A stretch of DNA of 64,000 bases from Camelus dromedarius (lineage: Eukaryota): assembly GCF_036321535.1 (NCBI RefSeq), contig NC_087436.1, positions 84,632,001 to 84,696,000 on the forward strand, in the 5' to 3' direction. Below, piece after piece: positions 39,506-53,130 of this stretch. Within the stretch, counting starts at the first letter, position 1, and the number at the start of each line of letters is the position of its first letter. The position numbers and the translations under genes were made by a program. The notes below the pieces were generated by a model, which ran no database searches, was not told the DNA's origin, and saw only the letters and a list, made by a program, of their open reading frames with translations.

Positions 39506-41234
39506 ATAAAGAGCTTTAAAAAGACAAGAAGCCCAGACTTGCAGGGAAAGTTGGCCTCTGCATCCAAGCTCCCAACTGGGAGGTTAGAAAGGAAGCGGCT
39601 CAGAAAAATGCCCAACACACCTTTTCACTCTGGTCTGACAGTCCTCCTAGAGAGACCAAGCTCTAACATAGTAACTTCAGCATAACACACAGCAACTTTC
39701 CAGAAAGTAGGTTTTAATGAGGATAAGAGCTTGGTGTTAGAAAAAGAACCCCAAAGGAAGTCAGAGGTCACAAGAAGGATGACTTGGAAACACTCGCCCA
39801 AAGCTCAGAAGAAAGAATTCAATTTTCTGGGGATGGATTTGCAGAGTATCAGCAATGGAAGGAAGGGATTAGGATCAGATGTAATAATGTCCAGCAAATA
39901 CCACAGATATTCCACATTTAGAATCATATTCTAGTTCATGTTCAGACTCTATACATTTTGACAGAAAACAAAGGTATTAAAGGTTGGAAAGGATGCTCTC
40001 TCTTCACTGAAAAAGACTACGTAGGTTTGCTATAGTGAAAGGCATCAGATAATAGTATTAACAATAAATAATAAGTAACACTCAACATAGAGCTTATTAT
40101 GTGGGAGGCAAGCTCTAAACCTGTATACTTACTTCTGTTACCTCACATGAGGTAGGTCCTTTAATTACACATTAGTAGGTTCCATTATTTAATTAAAAAT
40201 GAAAACCGATTTAAGTGTGCACTTCGCTCCTAATACATGAAACAACTCAAGCTCCCTGTTTCAGTTATTTTTACTTCTTCAAAAATCAAAATAACTGGAT
40301 GCTCATAATAACTACCTTAAAGAGTCCTCTGAAAGATTAATAATATACTACAGGCAAATATCTTCTATTCTATAACATAAGACATTACTTGGGGGCAGAT
40401 GGTTTTGTTTAATTAGCTTCAAGGTTCATCCTCGGCATTCTTGCAACATCAGAGTTGCCCTTTGCTTTTAGTGAAAACATAGAGCTCAAAGAGTGTGTTC
40501 CGCTGAGAACTCTGAGTTCCCAAGGCTGTGAGCAAAGTGAAGACTTGCAGAAGTTCTTAACTCCCTGCCCAAGAAATAGATACCAAAGATAAACAGAAAA
40601 ATATGACAATTCATTATCATCTATCTTGAAAATACGTGTTGACTACCGATTGCTTAGTGAACAGTTCAAGGAGAATGTATTTCTTTTGATGGTGAATTAA
40701 GAACAGAGAACAATTATAGCTATTTAATGTTTTAAGAATTGTGGATATGCCTTCAAAAAGGTAGCGATGTCTCCTCCTCTATTTTAGGTAATGCTGAGAT
40801 TACAAAAGACATGGAATAGAAAACCTAATAATAAAAGCAAGGTTTAGAGTTGGACGTAGGCGCTCACCATTTCAACTCTGCCAGGAGTTCCATTATTCTT
40901 TAAGGATTAATGTAACAAAATCCAGCCAGCCAGCTGCACTGGAACCCCTCAAAGTTCACATGGCCCATTCTGAGGGCTGCCTGATTAGGGAACTATTGAT
41001 CCAGCATGCCCCCTCCCAATGGCTAATTCATTTTCCCCCCTTTTCTCCTCTTCTGTCTATCCCCTTGCCATATCCTTTGAGGCATGAATGTCGGTCTTTA
41101 ATACAGCCCATCTGGTATTACTCTTTTCCTGAGGAATGCAGCACAGGGCTAGACCGAGAAGGAAATGTGTGAGCCCAATTAGATACAGTTTTCCTCCAGG
41201 GAGTTAGGTAAGATGAACTTCTTAAAGACTCTGA

Positions 41235-41765
41235 CCATTTATTCATTCACTTATTCTACAAATAGCTACTGAGTTCCAACCATATATCAGGCTCACTGCT
41301 AAAAACTAGGAATGGAATGGTGAGTGAGCGAAAACAGTCCCTGACTTCATGAGACTTGAGGATGGACGGGGAAGAGAGACCTTAACAAATAATCATACAC
41401 ATAAATGAACATCTACAACTGTGGCTGACTGCTCTGAAAGGCAGATGGCCTTGTGAGCGTAAAGCAGGGATGCGGTCTAGTAGGAAAGTCCAGGAAGGCT
41501 TCCCTGCGGAAGTGACAGAGCTGAGAGCTGCAGGTAGGGAGAACTAAGGGCCCCACGGAGGAAGGGGGCTGGGCGAGTGTGAAGACAAAAGAAAGCCTGT
41601 GTGGCTGGAGGAGAGGCAAGGAGGGACCCAGGAGAGCCTGAAGAGACAGGAGGGGCCCGATCCCACAGACTGGGTTAAATGGTCTTGACTTTCCAGCAAG
41701 CAATGGGGAGCCTACACGGTTTTCAACAAGGAGGTGATGATTCGGGTTTGCAAAAAATTCTGATC
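41235..41765 (-). mobile_element. L2 3' region
   Basis: catttattcattcacttattc...caggaaggcttccctgcggaagtgac...aatggggagcc. Confidence 0.8.
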
Positions 41766-42567
41766 CAACAAAAGCATATATGTAATCCTCACACACTCAC
41801 CAATTAAACTCTTCTGATCCATCTCTTTAGCTCTGGACTCTGTTCTTAATGACACCAAAAAAAGTAGTTCAGCCAAACACATGATTTGACTCTTTGGTAT
41901 AAGAGAAAGAAAAGTGGACTGTTTTTGTGGGAGTTTTTTCATCTATTTGGGGATGATGAACTAGTCACTACATTTTTCTAGTGTTTTCTTTCGTTTCTGC
42001 CTTTTTAAAATGAAGAAATGGGCAGTGGACCACTCCTCCTGTTGTGGTCCTGGGACTCTGATTAGAGAAAGAAAATAAAAGATACACTTCAAAAACCCAA
42101 GTGGCCAATAAACATGGGAAAGATGTTAATGTTCATTAACAATTAGAGAAATTAAAATGCATTCAACTGACACAAACCACTGCCGGCAAGGATGTGGAAC
42201 AGGACCTCACACTATTAAGGAGGAGTGTAAACCAGTACTGTCACTTTGCAGCGCAATTGGGCAGTATCTGCAGAGACTGAACATGTACACAACCCATGAT
42301 TTAGCAATTCCACCCACAGATGCCTACGCTAAATAAACTTTCACACGTGGGACGTTTATGCACAAGGAAACATACGTAAGACTACTTACAGCAGCAGCAT
42401 TTCTAAACGAAATAGAACAGCCTAAATATAAGCAGGAAGATAGAGAAACATAGCACAGTCATAACAAGGACACCTAGACCGCAGTGGGAATGAACGCAAT
42501 GGAGCAACGCATACAGCAACAAGGACAGACCTCATAAGCGACACTGAGCGGGATAAAAACAAACTGA

Positions 42568-42702
42568 GGGTGAGGGGATAGCTCAAGTGGTAGAGCACGT
42601 GCCTAGCATGCATGAGGTCTGGGGTCCAATCCACAGCACTTCCTTTAAAAAGAATAAATAGACCTAACTACCTCCTCCCACAAAGAAAACTTAAAAAAAA
42701 AA
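42568..42702 (+). mobile_element. tRNA-Ala-derived camelid SINE, long-tail form
   Basis: ggatagctcaagtggtagagcacgtgcctagcatgcatgaggtc; TSD-like acaaactgagg / acaaattgagg. Confidence 0.85.
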
Positions 42703-42796
42703 CAACAAATTGAGGATATATTTGACATGATATCTTTTATGTAATGTTTAATATATGTATAATGACACTATTTATTGTTTAGTAATAAATTCATTT

Positions 42797-42997
42797 AAAA
42801 TTTTTTAAATTTTTTATTGAAGTGTATTTGATTTACAATGTTAGTTTCAGGTGTATAGCAAAGCGAATCAGTTATACATATACATACATATTCTTCTTTC
42901 TTTTCAGATTCTTTTCCATTATAGGTTATTACAAGAAACTGAATACAGTTCCCTGTGTTATAAGTAGGTCTTTGTTGTTTACCTGCTTTATACATAG
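42797..42997 (-). mobile_element. Young L1 3' end
   Basis: ttccattataggttattacaag...gttccctgtg; TSD agtaataaattcattt / agtaatacattcattt. Confidence 0.9.
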
Positions 42998-43684
42998 AGT
43001 AATACATTCATTTTTGATAAAAGTACAAAAATACATGGGAGAACTAGTCATCTCTAGGGGAAGGGAGGGAAATATGACCAGAGAAGGGGCTTTAACTTGA
43101 TTTGTAATATTTTAACAGGTTCAAGTAGGTGGTGGATGCACAAGGTAATTATTATATTATCTTCATGCTTTTTTGTATATAGAAAAATATTCTTAACACA
43201 CACAAAAAAGGACAGGAGTAAGGGAGAAAGAAAAACAGGTTGCTTTTCTAAATCAAAAATACCAAAACAGCAGAACCTGCTGATGTGTATACACACACAG
43301 CATTGGGAAGAGAAGGAGGTGGGCATGGCCTGAACCAGAAAGGGAGGTACCTGGGCACAGATGTGCCCGTAACTAACTGTGCAGCCCTGAATGAACCCTC
43401 CATGTGCTCCTGGTGTTGGTTTCCTCCTCTATAAATAAGGAGGCTGCAAGAGATGGTGCCTAAGGTCCTTCCTTTCCAGATCTAAAAATCTCATGGTTTT
43501 CTACTGTACTTTGTGCTCCCCCATCTCAGCTGGGGCTCTGGCACTGGCGACAGGGGGGATAAGCCTTGGTTTTCCCCACTCAGATCATGTATAATCTAAC
43601 TTAAGGTTTTAAAATTCGCATTTACTAATTTATCTATGAAATCTTGTGTTTTATCCTTTTGCTCACACGTGACACATGTGCCGG

Positions 43685-44044
43685 TGTGCTGGAGCTCCTG
43701 TAACACAGTCCCACTGTGAGGCTTAAACAACAAAAAAACTATTTTCTCACAGTTGTGGAAGCTGGAAGCCCATAATCAAGGCAGGGTTGATTTCTTCTGG
43801 AATCTCTCCTTGGCTTATCCATGGCTATCTTTCCCCTGTGTCTTCACATTGTCTTCCTCTGTGTGTGTCTGAGTCCGATTTTGCTTTTCTTATAAGGATA
43901 CTAATACTGGATTAGGGCCCAACCTCATTTTAACTCAATTACCTCTATAAAGACTTAATCTCCAAATAGCATCACATTCTGAGATACTAGGGGTTAGGAC
44001 TTCAACATGTGAATTTTGGTAGGGACATAATTCAACCCACAACA
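43685..44044 (-). mobile_element. MLT1B-type MaLR solo LTR
   Basis: cacattctgagatactaggggttaggacttcaacat...aattcaacccacaaca. Confidence 0.85.
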
Positions 44045-44127
44045 ATAGGAAAGCCCTAAATCTTTCATACTAATATGTTTGTGGGAGGAAGTAGCAAAAA
44101 TTTACTAACTTACTACTAATTTAAATT

Positions 44128-44793
44128 TGTAAATTGGTGCAGCCACTGTGGAAAATAGTATGGAGGTTTCCCTAAAAACTAAAAGTAGAACTACCATATG
44201 ACCCAGCAATTCCAATCCTGGGTATTTACCTGAAAAAAACAAAAACACTAATTTGAAAAGATATGTGCACCCCAAAGTTCATAGCAACATTATTTACAAT
44301 TGTCAAGATATGGAAGCAACCTAAGTGTCCATCAGTAGATGAATGGGTAAAGATGATGTGGTATTCATACAATAGAATACTATTCAGTCTTAAAAAAGAA
44401 CAAGATTTTACTATGTGCAGCAGCATGGATGGACTTGGAGGGCATCATGCTAAATGAAATAAGTCAGACAGAGAAAGACAAATACTGTATATCACTTATA
44501 TGTGGAATCTAGAAAATACAACAAACTAATGAATATAACAGTAGAAGCAGAATCACAGGTATAGAGAACAAACTAGTGGTTATCAATGGGGAGAGGGAAG
44601 AAGGGAGGGGCAATACAGGGGTAGGAAAGTAAGAGGTACAAATTATTAGGTATAAAAGAAGCTACAAGGCTATATTGCACAACAGGAAGATAGCCAATAT
44701 TTTATATGTGGAGTATAACTTAAAAATTGCGAATCACTATATTGTGCCCCTGTAACTCATATTGCACAACAACTATACATCGATTTAAAAAAT
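44128..44793 (+). mobile_element. L1 ORF2 end and 3' UTR (intermediate age)
   Basis: CTPKFIATLFTIVKIWKQPKCPSVDEW ORF2 remnant; gtcagacagagaaagacaaatact. Confidence 0.9.
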
Positions 44794-47699
44794 TTAACTC
44801 CTCTAATTCTATAACTGTTTACTTCTTGTCACTAAAACATCACACTTTTTTTATAATTAACTTGGGGACAATTTGTATATAGGGCTGCTTAAAGCTGAGT
44901 AAATCAATGATTAGATTTAGCTATTTATGATAGTCAAGCAAGGTTCATTCTGACATTAAAATTAAACAATGATGTCTCTTCTTTTAAAAAAAAACTCATT
45001 CATTTTCTAGAAATAATTTGGTTGGAAACACACCACACAACTGGTTTCCAAGAACTAACGTCTGATGCCAAAAATGACACAGACATATGATTTCTCCAGC
45101 ATCTTATTTCAATAGGCTCTGCTAACAGGGAGACATGGCCATTTCGGAGTTAGTCCACAGCAACACATGCAGCATTGTATGATGTACAGTTGGCCAGTCT
45201 GTCCCACTTCCAGCATGTTGCTCACTTAATTTAGCCCAATTAAGTGACAAATTGAACTCTGCTGGCTTGGCCTGCAGAAGTCTCAATGTCTGCTAACCCA
45301 CACAGAGCCTCCTTTCTTGAGCATGTTAAGTCACAGGAAAGAGAGCCAGGTCTCATTAGGGTAAAACCATCAAAGGACACTGGGAGTCATGGAAACTGGC
45401 CATTTCAGAACAGTCAACATGCCAAAACCTTAAATGTCCAGTGAGGGCAGCTGAAGGACACTGTGCCTTAAGCCATGGACATATCTACTTTTCATTTGGG
45501 GAAACTGTGGTTTTGGCCAAGGCATACCTTAGACGAAAGACAGGTGAGTACATTATCAAAGTATGTCCCCAAAAAGCACTATTTTATAAGATCCAACTTC
45601 ATCTGGAAAAATAAAGGAGCCAGAGGAAACAGAAAACATCAAATACTAATGTCAGATCCTGGCCCTAAAAATGGTACTTGAATAAGATAATCACTAGCAA
45701 ATATACAAGTCCAGCCTACCCAAAGTCTGCCATGTGACTCTAAAGGTACCTATGGTACTCATGACAGATGGAGGACCAAGTTCTCAAAGAAGACTTTGAT
45801 GATTCAGACAGAACCCCACAGTTACCTACACCTTCAAGTGAAACTAAACAGCTACCTGTTCCTCAATGAATGGTCATCGAATCTATGCAAATGATGTTTC
45901 TAATGTAATTAACAGCGCAGGAATTCAGCAGAGAGTTCATGCTGTTTACCTTGGTAAAGAATAGCTACTGGTGGCAGCATCAAGTTTAAAAGAGGAGGTC
46001 TCCTGGGAAACAAGCTGTCAACCCCTGGGAATTATCCTGTTGACACCTCAAGTTCTCATTCTTATTAAGTGGAAGAAGAGTTAATTATATCGGTTATTAA
46101 AAATGAAGCAACAGTGCTCTAAATCTGTGACAACTAAAATTATTCTTAAAGAGTAGGTCAGAATAAGCCTCAGTAATTAATATTCTTTTTAAAGTTGATC
46201 ACGCTTTGTAGAATTTCCCAAGGTCATAGTAATAGTTCCTTACATTTTTTACCAAATTTATATACTTAGATGCACGTAAAGAGTTAACACTGAACTTATG
46301 GCATCATATGTGAAAATGAAAAACTAAAAATTTTTTCAAAATTTCATATATGAAAATATGAAAAATCAAGGCAGAGTTTATATTACAACCTGCTCATAGC
46401 AAAATCTATCACATTGCTCTACCAGAAAACCTAAGTCCTTACTGTTTTTCACATTATGCTTTAGATGCCAGATAATTCTACTTCAATTTCAAAGAAACTT
46501 CACTGTGCACTCTACATATGCTGCAGTAAAACATTTGTCAAGTCAATGTGCAAAGCTAGCTTAAAGCACCAGAACTTCAAACAGGAAAATCTAAATTCAT
46601 TGGATTTGCCAAAGGGCATTTTAAAAATATTTTAAAGAAGCAGCAAAAACCAGCAACCATCAATGGTTTTAAAAAACTTTCTTTTTGAAAACTAAACATA
46701 CACATAAATATTTTCATTTTAGAGCTCTCGGAGAAATTTAAGCATTGGTTTACAGAATGTTAACAACAGAGGGGAAAGCAGGCCAAAGAGATAATTCTTT
46801 TAAAATTGCCAACTAAAAATCAAATCAAAAATTAAAACACTGCTTCTCTTAAATTATAAATAACAGCAACCCCCTCCACCTAATCCTCTATCACTTCCTT
46901 TTTTCCCTCCAAACATCTCTAACAATTCCTTGTCCCCACTATACCTGCAAGCCGTTGACCCCATACCGTTTTCACCATCATTCACTATTTTCTCGTCCTC
47001 AGGTTTCTTCTTAGCCAGCCAGATAGATCCATGGTCTTTCATAATCATCCCTTCCTTCTACACACCTTCACCTCCTTAGCCCTCTTCTCGTTTCATCCTA
47101 TTCACGGGTCAAATCACCAAATCCAGTAAAACCTAATCATTACCTCTTCCACAACAGTACCAGTGTTTTTGAACATGGCTAGAGAAAATACAGTTAACTA
47201 GAATGACTAGTCAAATTTTTAATTCATGATCACGAACTTCAAGCAACAGAGCACTTAGTACAGTCACAATCCTAAGATACGACCATACCGTCCATTCTTC
47301 ACCATCCTGGACAACTGTTCTGCAGCTTATCCCCTTTCCTCCAACATCCAACAGGGCCTCCCCACTCTCTTACTCTCAGCTGATGGAAGAGAGGCAACCA
47401 GAAGAGACGGGCCACGAGCTCTCACCACTGTACTAGTCACCCACCTGTAGCTGGGACCACCCACATACGGTATTCCCTTTTCCCTCCTATTACTATGGAT
47501 GACCCGTCCATTTCCCTAAGACCAACCCCTCCACTTTGTGCCAGATCCCAACCACTCTTAACCATTCGAGGGGAAGCCTCCAGCAGTTCTTCCCATTTCT
47601 CCTGCCTCATTTATTTTCCCACTCTACTTAGGTATCCACTGGCACATATGAGAGCATAGAAACATCCTACATTTCCCATCTTAAAAAATAACTTTCTTA

Positions 47700-47774
47700 T
47701 ATGCATGACTGGGACATTGTGCTGTACACAAGAAACTGACACATTGTAACTGACTGTACTTCAATTAAAAAAAC
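47700..47774 (+). mobile_element. Short young L1 3' tail
   Basis: atgcatgactgggacattgtgctgtac...acattgtaactgactgtacttcaa; degenerate TSD ending ctttctta. Confidence 0.85.
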
Positions 47775-47859
47775 AATTACCTTTCTTAACACTTGCTTTC
47801 TTTTATAGCTTTGGTCCCATTTCTCTGCTCCATCTTACAGCAAAACTCTGTTGTCTTGC

Positions 47860-47947
47860 GGGGAGGGAAAAAAATCTCAGTGGTAGAGTGCACGCTTAGC
47901 ATACATGAGGTCCTGGTTTCAATTCCCAGTACCTGCATTAAAAAAAA
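47860..47947 (+). mobile_element. tRNA-Ala-derived camelid SINE
   Basis: ctcagtggtagagtgcacgcttagcatacatgaggtcctggtttcaattcccagtacc. Confidence 0.85.
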
Positions 47948-49599
47948 CAGTTGTTTCTATTTGCTGTCTCTAATTCAACTCCTTTTGTTACCCCTTAAAC
48001 CTATTCCAGTCAGTCTGTCTCCACCACCATTCCACTGAACTGCTCTTGTTTGTGCCACCAATAATCTGGTGGTCAGTTCACGGTCCTCATCCTCCTTGAC
48101 CTCTCAGCAGTGCTAGAGGCTGTGGGTGGTTTCCTCCTTTCTTGAAACACTGTCCTCTGTTGGTTTTAGAACTTCACCATCACTACCTCACTGGAGACTT
48201 TCTCAGTCTCTGTTGAGTCCTTCCAAGCCTTTAAACACTGAAGTGCTTTAGGACTCAGTCCTTGAACCTCTTCTTTTTGTAATTTAAACCTACTCTCTGG
48301 GTTACATCATATAGTCTCATAGCTTTAAATATCAACTATATATTGATGCTTTCCAAATTTGTAATTCTGCCCAGATCTCTCCTCTGAACTCCACCACATG
48401 TATTCCTTTGCCTCGTCTACATCTCTACTTGAATGTCTAACAGGCATCTCTACATATTATAACCAAAACTGAACCTCTGCTCTTCCCCTCCGAACATGCT
48501 CCTTCTACAGCCTTTCCTCATCTTCGTAATTAGCAAGCCCATCCTTCCAATGGCTCAGACAGAAAACTTGGTGCCATCCTTGACTCTTCTCTTTCATCTC
48601 CCACGTCCAAAATAACATCAAATTCTGTTTGTTCCACCTTTGAAAAATATGAAACATATAAAACTATATCTAAAATCCGACCATTTCTCACTACTCCATA
48701 GCTAACACCATCATCTCTCAATGAGATGCGCAAGGGTTTCCCACTGGGTCTCCCCCTCACTGTTACTCTCCACACAGATGTCAGAGTGATCCTGATAAGT
48801 TAGTTTCTATCACTCCTCTGTCATAATCCTCCAATGACTTTCCATCCCTCTGAGATAAAAGCCAAAGTCTTTAAAATGACCTACAAGGCCTTGCACAAGG
48901 GTATCAGGTTACCTTATCTCCCACTACTCTTCCCCCAGCTCACTCCATTCCAGACACATTATCTTGCTCCTTGAACAAGCCAGGCACATTCCCACCCCAG
49001 AGCCTTTCCACGTGCTCTGTCTTCAGCCTGGTTCATTCTTGCCCACTATAACCACAGGCTCCCACCTCGGTTTCTTCAGGTCTTGCTCAAATACCACCTC
49101 CTGAGTGAGGCCTCCCTAACAATTCTATTTATAACTGTAACACTATTTCCTTTCCCTGACTGTTCTCTGTGGAGGTCATCGATATTTATCCATAGCGGTA
49201 CTGATGGTACGGATATACTGCATGTTCTTATTTGTAGTTTATTGTCTGTTTCCTTCACTAAAATGTCAGTGCAGGAGAGCAGGAATTTTTTTCTACACAG
49301 ATATTGTCAGAGCCCAGAAGAATTCCTTGCATACTGTAGGCAATAAATAATTGTTGAATGAATGAAGGTATGATGAACATATGATTTAAACGATATATTA
49401 TATTGTTTTAAATTTTGATATAGTCTAATTTATCACTCTTTTAAAAATTTCCTATGCATTTTAATGTCTTATTTACAAAATCTTTCTTGACTCAGATATA
49501 ACTTTATGCCAGTTCTTTAAAAAGAAACAAACAGTACAAATATTAAAGGAGGGAACCGATAAGTTGCTTTACTTTTTCCTAACTGAAGATGACATAAAT

Positions 49600-49930
49600 A
49601 AAGCTAAAAGACAACAAAGAGATGGAGAGAAGATTCAAAATATATAAAGACTTCCTTAAAGGTGGAAAGAAAAAAAATGCAACAATTGAAGAATGGACAA
49701 CCCTGATGATGAGGCAACTCAGAGAAAGGAGGTTCAACAGGTCAGTAATTCTAAGAAAAGATGCTCAACTGCACTGCTGATTGGAAAATGCAGACTGAAA
49801 CAAACATGAAATACCAGTTTACACTTGTGAAATGGGCAAAAACCAAGCTATCTGCCAATAGCAAGTGGTGCTAAGGATGTAGATAAATTGTAACTCTCAT
49901 ACTTTTCTGGTGGATGTATAAATCGGTATC
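49600..49930 (+). mobile_element. Old L1ME fragment
   Basis: gaaaagatgctcaac...aaataccagtttacac...aaggatgtag. Confidence 0.6.
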
Positions 49931-51214
49931 CAAAATAAATTATATTTTTGTATTACAAGAAATGTAATTTTTTAAAAGATTTCTAGTAGATAATTCTGTT
50001 AAATATATATAGACAAATGTATATGGAGTTATGGAATATATATATAAAGTCATTATAGAAATTCCTTCCATATTGTCTTATGCTTACATTTCCAATTAAA
50101 AGACTACAGGAGTCAATAGAATAGAGTTGCAAATACTATTGTGACTCCTTAGGGAAGAAGGAGAAAGCTCCTTGAGATGCAAAAATTTAAAAGTAACAAG
50201 TAGTTATTGCAAGAAAAGATACATGTAAACCAATCTAGCTTTCACTTCATTTCAAATAGTTTCTCTTTCAAATACAATTTTCAAATCCCTCAGTCATCTA
50301 ATAAAGCAGCAAACTATTTTTCTGACATTGGACTCAATAACTATTACTTGCATTGAACTAAGATTTAAGCAAACGTTTCCATACTATGCCATCAACTCCT
50401 GGTGACTATCTTAACAAGGAGCCAAATTCAGTCCTCCAAATAATGTCATTTTAAGGTGTCCTTATTCAAACCAAATGACTTTGGTCATTGATAACCTCAG
50501 TTATCACGACTACCAGGGTCCCAACTTGAAGCCTAGGAACTTCCAGCCACGGTGCATACATTACTGGCAGGGAAACAGAGACCACCGGGGAAGGGAAGAC
50601 CCTTGTGTTTCTGCCAAAAAAAAAAAGCATCAGCATTTTCTTCCAACTAATCGCTATCTAAAATGGCATTAGGCCAGAAGGGTCTCTGGTTACCTGACCT
50701 CTTGAAGCATAAATAAGGTCTTCAGAATTCTGATATTGTCACTTCTGTAGAACAAGAGTATCAAAAACCTTCAGAAGATAAGGCATCACTCTGGCCTGGA
50801 ACCTGGCACCAGAATTCCTATTCAGGGTTTGCAGCGGAAGGACTCACCTACCTTGTGGAGAAAGACTACAACATTTAAGAGAAGGGAAGTTGGCCAGGTT
50901 GCAGGAAACATAAGGCCAGGCTCAACGTGCCTAGCAAACTCCCTGGGGCCACTCCGGATATAACGTAATCTCTTTACTTGTAAAATGGGAGTAATTATTT
51001 TCATCATACAATAAAGACCTCAGAAACCTCATATGAAAAGAACAAGGCGCAAAAAAAAAAAAACCCCAAAAATTAAAATAGTGTAAAGAACCTACATAGC
51101 AATTTCTCAACACAGTCACTCTCTGAATTCCAAACATATCCCCAAATACCCACGGCACGTATGACTAACTTGTGTCACATCAGAAAGTGAGGGAAGGAAA
51201 CAAACATTTGTAAA

Positions 51215-51420
51215 TTAGCAGCGAGTGTGATTTCCCAGGGCCTAGTACACAGTGGGCACTCTACCAAATCCGATTTAACCCTCAAAACAACCCTACAATA
51301 TAGTACTATTAGCCCCATTTGATAGATGAAACAGGACAGAGGAGAATCAAATAAATTGTCCAAAACAAGCACAGAAACTACAACAAAATCCTCAGGTACT
51401 CAAACCCCCATCAGTCTGAG
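51215..51420 (-). mobile_element. MIR SINE
   Basis: atttaaccctcaaaacaaccctac...ccccatttgatagatgaaac. Confidence 0.75.
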
Positions 51421-51442
51421 TCTAAAAAACTGCATATCCACA

Positions 51443-51766
51443 CAGCACACACACCACCACAACAGAAACGTAACACGAGCCATGGAAGCAATGTTTAATC
51501 TTCCAGCAGTCACGTTAAAAGAGTAAATAGCAATTAGTAAAATTTTATTTTAATTATATATTTTATATAACAAATATGTCAAAATGTTCTCAATTCATCG
51601 TGCAATCAATATAAAAATTACTGAAAATATCTACAGTCTTTTTTTACACTAAGTCTTCGGAATCCAGCATATATTTTACACGAAGAGAACATTTTGATTT
51701 GGACTAGCCCTGTTCAGTGCTTGAAAGTCAACTGTGGCTAGTGGTCTTGGCACTGGGACAGCCCAG
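51443..51766 (+). mobile_element. MER33 (hAT-Charlie)
   Basis: actaagtcttcggaatcc...tggactagcc...tgtggctagtgg...ggacagc. Confidence 0.8.
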
Positions 51767-51899
51767 GTCTATACCACTCTGACTCCCATAAGCAAAGAGG
51801 CCATCCCTCAGGGCCCAAGACTGGTAAGTCTTCTCCATCTCACAGCTGGTGGAATGGACAGGCATGTTCCTGGAAGTACCATGTTCCCTTCTTTCCCTG

Positions 51900-52200
51900 G
51901 GTCAGGTGTCTCTCATCTGAAAAGTTCCTTCTTGAGTGATGCCTTTCCTGACCCCAAAGTCGCTCTCCACTCCACCCCAGTCACCCTCCTCCACCATATC
52001 CTCTTTTACTTTTCTTCATGGCGCGTATTGCTGGCTAAATTATCTGTTCATTTATTTGTCCACTGTTTATTGCCCACCTCCCCCAAGTAACATTTAAGTT
52101 TCATGACAGCCGAGCCTTTTCCATGTCTTTCATCACTGTTTCCAAAGCTTGGAATGCTATCCAACACATAGAAGGTATTCAAAAAATATTTGCTGCATTA
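51900..52200 (+). mobile_element. L2 3' end
   Basis: gcctttcctgacc...ttcatcactgtttcca...aaaaatatttgctg. Confidence 0.7.
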
Positions 52201-52659
52201 TGAACTGCTATAGCCAAAGGGTATAAATTCTTCCCATCAAATGGGAAATGCATTTACCATAGAAACAATGTCATATGGAGGTCAGTTTCCCGGACTAGCC
52301 CACCAAAGTCTACTTAACCCATAATGTAACCAAAACCTAGGAGGAGACAACAGTGCACAAGACAGTGTCAGCAGGTGGTTTAGCAAAGAGCAAAAGCTCC
52401 TCCAAGGCCCAGTGCCCTGTGATCACTTTACTTCCCCAGGTCCTGGTATAATTCCTGGAACACAGCAGGCCTTCAATATGAATGAACGAATCCATTCTAA
52501 GGAGAAACAGAAATCAATTCCAGCTACACTATATGGGTTAGATGATCCTGTGTGGGTTATCCTGGGAATCTAACCAACAATGACAACACTGTGTAAAAAT
52601 ATGTTGTAAGTGGCTTTCCCTGATTCCTTGATTTGGGTTAGGTCCTGGGGCTACACGTG

Positions 52660-53130
52660 TCTGTATTAGAAAAGACTGCGCTGGTGTCATCCAAGAGAAA
52701 TTCAACCCAAACTACCTTAAGCAAAAAAGGGAAATGTATAGTAAAGATTCTGGGAACTCTGACTGGATCTCATGGAGATGTAACTTTCTCTCCATCTCTG
52801 GTATCCACATCTCTGAGTATTGGATTCACTTCCTCCCATTCTCTTCCTATGGCCTCCTCCCCTCATCCAGGCCTTATGGTGACCCTGAAAGTTCCCATGC
52901 ATTCACATTACTGTTTAGACACCCAGAAACTCCTTGGCCTTCCTGCCTCTGTTCCATTTCCAAAATTCCTGGGGGAGAATAGTCATTGGCCCAGTGACAG
53001 GTGCTCACCTTTGAACCAATCAACTGTGACTTCAGCTTTGGTTCCATTCGTAATAACCACGTGGATGGTTGGGTATAAGGGGTGATTCTTAGGAAAGGGG
53101 TGCCAGGCAGACAAATCCACTGAAGTCCAC
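52660..53130 (-). mobile_element. Old MLT1 (J/K-like) LTR
   Basis: acccaaactaccttaagcaaaaaagggaa; cattggcccag...gaaccaatca; tgccaggcagacaaa. Confidence 0.65.

Larger units (their letters stand above)
42080..43200 (+). mobile_element. Old L1ME-like fragment hosting a SINE and a young L1
   Basis: tggccaataaacatg; ggcaaggatgtggaac; acccatgatttagcaattccac. Confidence 0.65.
46880..49365 (+). mobile_element. Long L2 LINE (~2.4 kb) with nested insertions
   Basis: cttgacctctcagcag, atctctacttgaatgtctaacaggcatctc, tail aataaataattgttgaatgaatgaa. Confidence 0.85.

Noticed and set aside
45949..46001. Possible 53-nt minus-strand exon, and similar weak pairs near 50850 and 59518-59581
   Set aside because: Short or weak acceptor tracts; such pseudo-exons are common in long introns.
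52657..53085. 142-aa ORF
   Set aside because: Lies within an old MLT1 LTR.
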